Assembly: GCA_035285865.1 (NCBI GenBank)
Contig: JAYKHS010000014.1
Location: forward strand, 64,001 to 128,000
DNA length: 64,000 bases
Direction of reading: 5' to 3'
Source of the DNA: Candidatus Sericytochromatia bacterium
GTDB taxonomy: Bacteria > Cyanobacteriota > Sericytochromatia > S15B-MN24 > VGJW01
Shown one piece after another: positions 58,576 through 64,000 of this stretch. The number at the start of each line of letters is the position of its first letter. Position 1 is the first letter of the stretch. Made by a program: the position numbers and the translations under genes. A model generated the notes under the pieces. It had not been told where the DNA came from and searched no databases. It saw nothing but the letters and a program-made list of their open reading frames with translations.

Positions 58576-60752
58576 GCGGGTTTCTTGCCCCCGGATGCCT
58601 GCCCGCGCTGGGTCCGGTAGGCGCGAATGACATCCGCGATTCGGCCGATGGTTGCCAGTACCCGCTCCAGGTGGGCCACGTCCGTCACGTCCACCGTCAT
58701 GTGCACGACGAGGATGCGGTCGCGGGCCTTGCGGACGTCGATATTGCGGATGTTGGTCTTGATGTCGGCGATCTTGACGGTGATGTCCTTGAGCAGACCG
58801 ACCCGATCCATGACTTCGACGGCGATGTGGACTGGGAACGTGGCCTTCGGATCACTCTGCCACTCGACCGCGACCAGGCGACCCGCCTCCACGCGCGCCA
58901 GATTGGGACAGCCCTCGGCGTGGATGGAAATGCCCTTGCCCTTGGTGACGGCGCCCGTGATGCGCTCACCCGGTACCGGCGCGCAGCAGCGCGCGACGGA
59001 CAGCAGCATGCCGCCCCCACCCTCCACGAGGATGCCTGTCCCGCGCGAGCGCAGCGGCTGTGCCTTGGCGGGCACCAACGGGATGTCGACCGGCTTGGGG
59101 GCCACGGCGTCGCGGAACTGCTGCGCCACCGACGAGGCCACCTTCTCCCCGTAGCCGATGGCCGCGAGCAGGTCGTCCGGCGTGCCCATCTTGAGCCGGG
59201 CGCAGAGATCGGCCAGAGACTCGGGTTTGGCAAGGGCTGCCTGACGGGTGCGGTCCAGCTCACGCTCCAGCGCCTCTCGACCCAGGACAATCATCTCGTC
59301 GCGGCGTTGCTTCTTGTACCAGCCGCGGATGCGCTGCTTGGCCGTGTTCGTGACGGCGAAGGCCAGCCAGTCGAGGCGCGGGCGCTCGATCTTGCCGGTC
59401 AGGACCTCGATGATGTCCCCATTGCGCAGCCGGGTCTCGAGCGGGACCATTCGCCCGTTCACGCGGGCCCCGGTGCAACGATGCCCCACGCTGGAGTGGA
59501 CTCGGTAGGCGAAGTCGATGCAGGTGGATCCCTGCATCAGGTCGATGACGTCCCCGGCAGGCGTGAAGACGAAGACCTCCTCGCTGAAAAGGTCGTCCTT
59601 GACGGAGGACATGAACTCGTCCGCATCGTGCATCTCGGGTTGCCAATCCAGAAACTGCCGCAGCCAGGTCAGCTTCTCGTCGGACTTCGAGAACGCGCCG
59701 CCCTCCTTGTAGCGCCAATGCGCCGCGATGCCATACTCGGCGACCTGATGCATCTCCTGAGTGCGGATCTGGACTTCGAAGGGCGCCCCGTGGGGACCCA
59801 TCACGGCGGTATGCAGGCTCTGGTAGCGATTGCCCTTGGGCATCGCGATATAGTCCTTGAAACGGCCCGGCAAGGGCAGCCATCGCGTGTGGACGAGGCC
59901 CAGCGCGTGGTAGCAGTCGGGAATGGTGTCGACGATGACGCGCAGGGCCGTCACGTCGAAGAGGTCGGCGAAATCCTTGCCCTGGGAGGTCATCTTGTTC
60001 CAGATGCTGTAGAAGTGCTTGGGCCGTCCCAGCACCTTGCCACGGATGCCCGCAGCCTCAAGATCGGCCTCGATCTGACCGACGATCTCGCGCAGCTTGG
60101 CTTCGCGTTCGTCACGCTTCTCGGCCACGAGGCCCGTGATGCGGGCGTACTCGTCGGCATGTAGCCAGCGGAAGCAGAGGTCCTCGAGCTCCCATTTGAG
60201 CTTTCCCATGCCCAGCCGATGGGCCAGAGGCGAGAAGATGTCGAGCGTTTCCTGCGCGATCTCGACCTGCTTCTCGCGCGCCATGGGGCCAAGCGTCCGC
60301 ATGTTGTGCAGACGGTCTGCAAGCTTGACGACGATGACGCGGATGTCCTGGGCCATCGCGAGGAACATCCGGCGGAAGTTTTCGGCCTGCCGTTCGCGCT
60401 TGCTCGAGAAGGACAGCTTGCCCAGCTTCGTTACGCCGGCGACGAGTTGGACCACCTGTTTGCCGAAGCGCTCCTCGAGCGCCGGTTCACCCACGTCGGT
60501 GTCCTCGAGGACGTCATGGAGCAGGCCTGCAGCGATGGTCGGGGCGTCGGCGCCGAGGCGCGCGAGGATCAGCGCCACCTCATAGGGGTGGACGATGTAG
60601 GGTTCGCCGGACTTGCGGGCCTGGCCCTCGTGCATCCTGTGCGCGAAGGCATAGGCATCACGCACGAGCGCGACGCCGTCCGGGGGAAGCGTGCCCTCGA
60701 CGAGACCGATCAGGGCGTCGTGGGGTTCACGCGGCGGTGCAGCGGATGACAA
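58572..60752 (-). CDS. relA: bifunctional (p)ppGpp synthetase/hydrolase (Rel/SpoT)
   Basis: RKSGEPYIVHP, LHDVLED, KLADRLHNMRT, GRPKH.YSI, YQSLHT, TGS, CC.P.PGE, ACT. Confidence 0.95.
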   Translation of the reverse strand: MSSAAPPREPHDALIGLVEGTLPPDGVALVRDAYAFAHRMHEGQARKSGEPYIVHPYEVALILARLGADAPTIAAGLLHDVLEDTDVGEPALEERFGKQVVQLVAGVTKLGKLSFSSKRERQAENFRRMFLAMAQDIRVIVVKLADRLHNMRTLGPMAREKQVEIAQETLDIFSPLAHRLGMGKLKWELEDLCFRWLHADEYARITGLVAEKRDEREAKLREIVGQIEADLEAAGIRGKVLGRPKHFYSIWNKMTSQGKDFADLFDVTALRVIVDTIPDCYHALGLVHTRWLPLPGRFKDYIAMPKGNRYQSLHTAVMGPHGAPFEVQIRTQEMHQVAEYGIAAHWRYKEGGAFSKSDEKLTWLRQFLDWQPEMHDADEFMSSVKDDLFSEEVFVFTPAGDVIDLMQGSTCIDFAYRVHSSVGHRCTGARVNGRMVPLETRLRNGDIIEVLTGKIERPRLDWLAFAVTNTAKQRIRGWYKKQRRDEMIVLGREALERELDRTRQAALAKPESLADLCARLKMGTPDDLLAAIGYGEKVASSVAQQFRDAVAPKPVDIPLVPAKAQPLRSRGTGILVEGGGGMLLSVARCCAPVPGERITGAVTKGKGISIHAEGCPNLARVEAGRLVAVEWQSDPKATFPVHIAVEVMDRVGLLKDITVKIADIKTNIRNIDVRKARDRILVVHMTVDVTDVAHLERVLATIGRIADVIRAYRTQRGQASGGKKPA

Positions 60753-60834
60753 GGTTCAGGAGTCATACCCCTGAAGCAAGCCTGCGTCACGGTCGCGGCC
60801 ACCAGAATGGCCTGTTCGGGCCGGCCTTGATGGC

Positions 60835-61374
60835 TCAGTACGTCAGGATCGGGTAGATGTCGAGGCCCAGCTCGGCGACCCGCGCCCGGCCACCCAGGAA
60901 GGAGAGTTCGACGAGGAAGGCCGCCTCGATCACGTCGCCGCCAAGCTGCCGCACCAGTTCCAGCGTGGCCGATACCGTGCCGCCCGTGGCCAGCAGGTCG
61001 TCCACGATCAGGACCCGGCTGCCGGGAGCGAGGGCATCCTCGTGGATTTCGAGGGCATCGGTGCCGTACTCGAGCGTGTAGGTCTGGCGCACGGTGCGGG
61101 CGGGCAGCTTGCCGGGCTTGCGGACGGGGACGAAGCCGCAGCCCAGCGCGTAGGCGAGCGGAGCGCCCAGGATGAACCCGCGAGACTCGATGCCCACGAC
61201 GGCATCGACGCGGGAGTCGGCATGCCGCGCGGCGATGTGGTCGACGGCCGCCCGGAAGACCTCGGGCTCCTGCAGCAACGGCGTGATGTCCTTGAAGACG
61301 ATCCCCGGCTTGGGGAAGTCGGGAACATCGCGGATCCGGTCCTTGAAGCGGGCGGTCAACTCAGCCGTGAGCAC
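60835..61374 (-). CDS. apt: adenine phosphoribosyltransferase
   Basis: [40 protein letters not shown]. Confidence 0.96.
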   Translation of the reverse strand: MLTAELTARFKDRIRDVPDFPKPGIVFKDITPLLQEPEVFRAAVDHIAARHADSRVDAVVGIESRGFILGAPLAYALGCGFVPVRKPGKLPARTVRQTYTLEYGTDALEIHEDALAPGSRVLIVDDLLATGGTVSATLELVRQLGGDVIEAAFLVELSFLGGRARVAELGLDIYPILTY

Positions 61375-61502
61375 GTCGGGAACCTCTGGCCCCCTTCACG
61401 CGCGGAAGGGGAAGCTGCATGTTAGCCCATCCCCGGCATCCTGGTCCAAGGCGGGCGCGGTTTCGGGTTGCAGGGGGCCAGCCTTCGGGCATAGGTCAGG
61501 TG

Positions 61503-63455
61503 ATGGCCAAGTCGCGACACGGAACCCTGTCCCGCCTCGGGCTGGCAAGCCTTGCCGCCGGCGCCGCCCTGCAACTGCTGCTGGCATGCAGCACCGGAGC
61601 AGGTCTCGTCCCGTCGGTCCGGTCCGCTGCCGCCGGTACCGCGACGTTGCGCCTGGTCTGGCCCGGGACGGACCGCAACATCCAGGCTGCCTCGTTGCTT
61701 GCGCCCTCATGGCGCCTGCGTGTCCTCCTGCCGGGAGGCAAGGAAACCCTGCTGCCCGTGACGATGGGATCGGCCGGCGATACGGCAGACATCCAAGGGC
61801 TGGAACCCGGGGAAACCGTTCTGGTGGTCCTCGAGGCCCTGGTTGAGGGCGTGCCGGTGCCTGGGGGTTCACATCGCGCGGTGCTGGCCCTCGAACCCGG
61901 TTCGACGACTGTGGCGACTTTCACCCCGTCCGGCATGGCGGTCGGCGAGGTCTACGAGACCCTGCTCAGGCGCACCGATGCGGAAACCCTGCTGGCCAGC
62001 CTGCCCGTGGCCTCGATCTCGTCTTTCGTCCGGACGGTCCATGATGCGCCTCCGACCTTGCCGACTTGGGGGCAGGTCGACGGCAAGGCTCTGGCCGAGG
62101 CCATCATCGTGCGCAACGGCGCCTTGCCGGGCGAACCGCTTGTCTTTCGCACGGGTGAAGCCACGGTCGACATCCGCATTCGCGGCATCAGTCCGGTCCT
62201 GCCCGTCACGATGGCTGTCCTCGATCCGGCCTCGGTCCCCCAGGGGGCGGCACGCGTCAGTTTCGGCGGGCCGGACCCCCTGCATCGAATCCGGGGGGTT
62301 CGCCCCGGTTCGTGGCCGGTGCATGTCCGGGTGCATGACCTGCCGGTCGAGATGGCCACCGTGTCGGTCGCGGCGGGTGGTACGGCGCGCGTCGACATCG
62401 ATCTTTCCCCGTGGCAAGCGGGGCCTCCCCTGCCCGTGCCCCTCGGTGGCGCCTGTGTGTCGGCCAATGGCGGCCGCATCTACTTGGTGGGCGGCCTGAC
62501 CAAGGAACGCGAGGCGACGGATTCGGTCTGGATGCTGGATACGCTCGCCACGACGCCCGGGTGGGTCGCCCGTCGACCTGCAACGCTGCCGCGGGAAGGT
62601 GCTGCTGCCGGCTGGGTAGGCGGACGCCTCGTCGTGGCTGGTGGCGTGACGCCGAATGCACAGGGTTTCCCTGTGCCTACCCGCCGTGTCGAAGCTTACG
62701 ATCCGGTGGCGGACACCTGGACCGCCCTGCCGGACATGCCGTTCGACACCTCCATCCTCACGCCTGCTGCGGGCTACGATGCCCAGGGTGTCAGCAGCCT
62801 CCTCGGGGGCGTCCTGCTCGATGCCCTCTGGATCCATGGGGCACGTGGCCTGGATGTCCTGCCCACCCCCATCCTGCGTGCCTTGCCCGCTGCTGCGGGG
62901 GCAAACTGGTTCACGCCTCCGGTGACGGGTGCGGCCTCTCCGCGCGTCCAGGCGGCGTCCATCTCCGGGGACGGTCAATGGTGGCTCATCGGTGGGCGCA
63001 TGCTGCCGCCGGTACCGTTCCTGACCGGTTCGGGCCAGGCCTTCGAGGCCGGGGCTCCCCGCGAGGATGCCGAGGTGCTCGATGCGCGGGGCACCGTACC
63101 GCGCTGGCGCAGTGTGGGCCAACCGCTGGTCGAGGCGCGTGCGGAGGCGGCCGGGGTCGTCCAGAACGGCCGCCTGCTGGTTCTGGGTGGCGTGGCCTCG
63201 GCCCGCAGGACGCTGGGTTCGGTAGAACGACTCGATCCCGGCGGGGGGCCGTGGCGTCCCGTCGGAGCGCTGCGACAACCGAGGGCCGCGCTGGGAGCCG
63301 CGATTGCCGGGGGCAAGGTCTGGGCCATCGGTGGCCTCGCCGGCAGACAAACCCTCTACTACGAGAATCCGCTCGCTGGTGGCGTCGACCTCGAGGCCTC
63401 GATCATCGCCACGGACACTGTCGAGTTTGCCCCGGTCGGGGAGTTGGGCTTGTGA
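61503..63455 (+). CDS. Kelch-repeat lipoprotein
   Basis: LLAC lipobox; repeated IYLVGG, LVVAGG, WWLIGG, LLVLGG, VWAIGG; VEAYDP...WT. Confidence 0.85.
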   Translation: MAKSRHGTLSRLGLASLAAGAALQLLLACSTGAGLVPSVRSAAAGTATLRLVWPGTDRNIQAASLLAPSWRLRVLLPGGKETLLPVTMGSAGDTADIQGLEPGETVLVVLEALVEGVPVPGGSHRAVLALEPGSTTVATFTPSGMAVGEVYETLLRRTDAETLLASLPVASISSFVRTVHDAPPTLPTWGQVDGKALAEAIIVRNGALPGEPLVFRTGEATVDIRIRGISPVLPVTMAVLDPASVPQGAARVSFGGPDPLHRIRGVRPGSWPVHVRVHDLPVEMATVSVAAGGTARVDIDLSPWQAGPPLPVPLGGACVSANGGRIYLVGGLTKEREATDSVWMLDTLATTPGWVARRPATLPREGAAAGWVGGRLVVAGGVTPNAQGFPVPTRRVEAYDPVADTWTALPDMPFDTSILTPAAGYDAQGVSSLLGGVLLDALWIHGARGLDVLPTPILRALPAAAGANWFTPPVTGAASPRVQAASISGDGQWWLIGGRMLPPVPFLTGSGQAFEAGAPREDAEVLDARGTVPRWRSVGQPLVEARAEAAGVVQNGRLLVLGGVASARRTLGSVERLDPGGGPWRPVGALRQPRAALGAAIAGGKVWAIGGLAGRQTLYYENPLAGGVDLEASIIATDTVEFAPVGELGL

Positions 63456-64000
63456 CGGGACGCTTGCCCATGGCCTTGTGTACCGCGGCCCTGATTCCCC
63501 TTGCCTGCAGGCCACCGAGTTCTGCGACCGACAGCCGGCAGATCGTCATCACGCCGGCCCCCGGGCCGACCCCGGTCATCGGTGCCTCGAACGGAACGTC
63601 CGGCAGTGCCACGCCGACCCCGGGACCCGCTCCGACAGATCCCGGTCGCACGCCGCCACCGACACCTGAACCGACGCGTCAGGTGAATCTCTGGATCGAA
63701 GTCCTGGTCGACGACACCCCCGGCGAAACCCGGCTCGTCGTGGTTCCTGCCGATGCTACCTCGGCTTCGACGCGCATCCAGGCCCTCTCGGCGACCGACC
63801 TGAGCGTCGATTGGGCCTTCGAGGCACCCGGGCCCGTGCCGGACGAGCGCTCGGGCAACATGAAGCCTGCAGCGACCACCGGCCTTGCCGCGACGCTCCT
63901 CGAGAGCATGTATCCCGGCGTCGGCACGGCGTCGGTCGCCCTCCGCTCGGACGCGGGGACGATCGGCACGGCGACGGCAACGACGTCGCTGGCTTCGGGC
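63452..64000 (+). CDS. putative lipoprotein, partial (runs off the right edge)
   Basis: GTGA overlap; MALCTAALIPLAC lipobox-like, Pro/Thr-rich linker; frame open to the end. Confidence 0.65.
   Translation, partial: MTGRLPMALCTAALIPLACRPPSSATDSRQIVITPAPGPTPVIGASNGTSGSATPTPGPAPTDPGRTPPPTPEPTRQVNLWIEVLVDDTPGETRLVVVPADATSASTRIQALSATDLSVDWAFEAPGPVPDERSGNMKPAATTGLAATLLESMYPGVGTASVALRSDAGTIGTATATTSLASG

Noticed and set aside
1..64000. Stop-codon recoding (Sec/Pyl), frameshifted pseudogenes, tRNA/rRNA
   Set aside because: Recognised genes end at expected family lengths; no cloverleaf or rRNA-like stretch in the short intergenic gaps

Overview
A GC-rich (roughly 68-70% by eye), gene-dense bacterial chromosomal window with about 55 CDSs. 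No rRNA, tRNA, CRISPR array or transposase was seen. Housekeeping and metabolic genes include ispF, mnmG, ETF:quinone oxidoreductase, a ferredoxin, ygfZ, metH, a bifunctional HMT/MTHFR, corA, rdgB, rel and apt. There is a fragmented lysine-fermentation cluster (kamB, kamD, kamE, kal, kce, kdd), a propionyl-CoA to succinate route (BC-BCCP, mutase large subunit, epimerase, sucCD, with the carboxyltransferase and epsilon subunit elsewhere), three ABC-type systems and several lipoproteins or orphans. The standout is a tightly packed 7-gene minus-strand operon at 12220-7815 encoding an apparently complete eukaryote-like ubiquitylation cascade: GNAT, membrane protein, half-degenerate RING/PHD-like finger fused to an OB fold (candidate E3), E1, Ubl ending AGA, E2 with a UBE2W-like HPH active site, and a JAMM protease. 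A shared [LI]EWR[DE] terminal motif occurs in three of its proteins. Other notable items are in-frame AT-rich patches inside mnmG and kamB, a low-GC orphan with twin palindromes, a structured leader before kamDE, and several degenerate or eukaryote-like domain proteins. All product calls come from motif recognition by eye, with no database search. Start codons were adjusted by hand where the ORF track over-extends.
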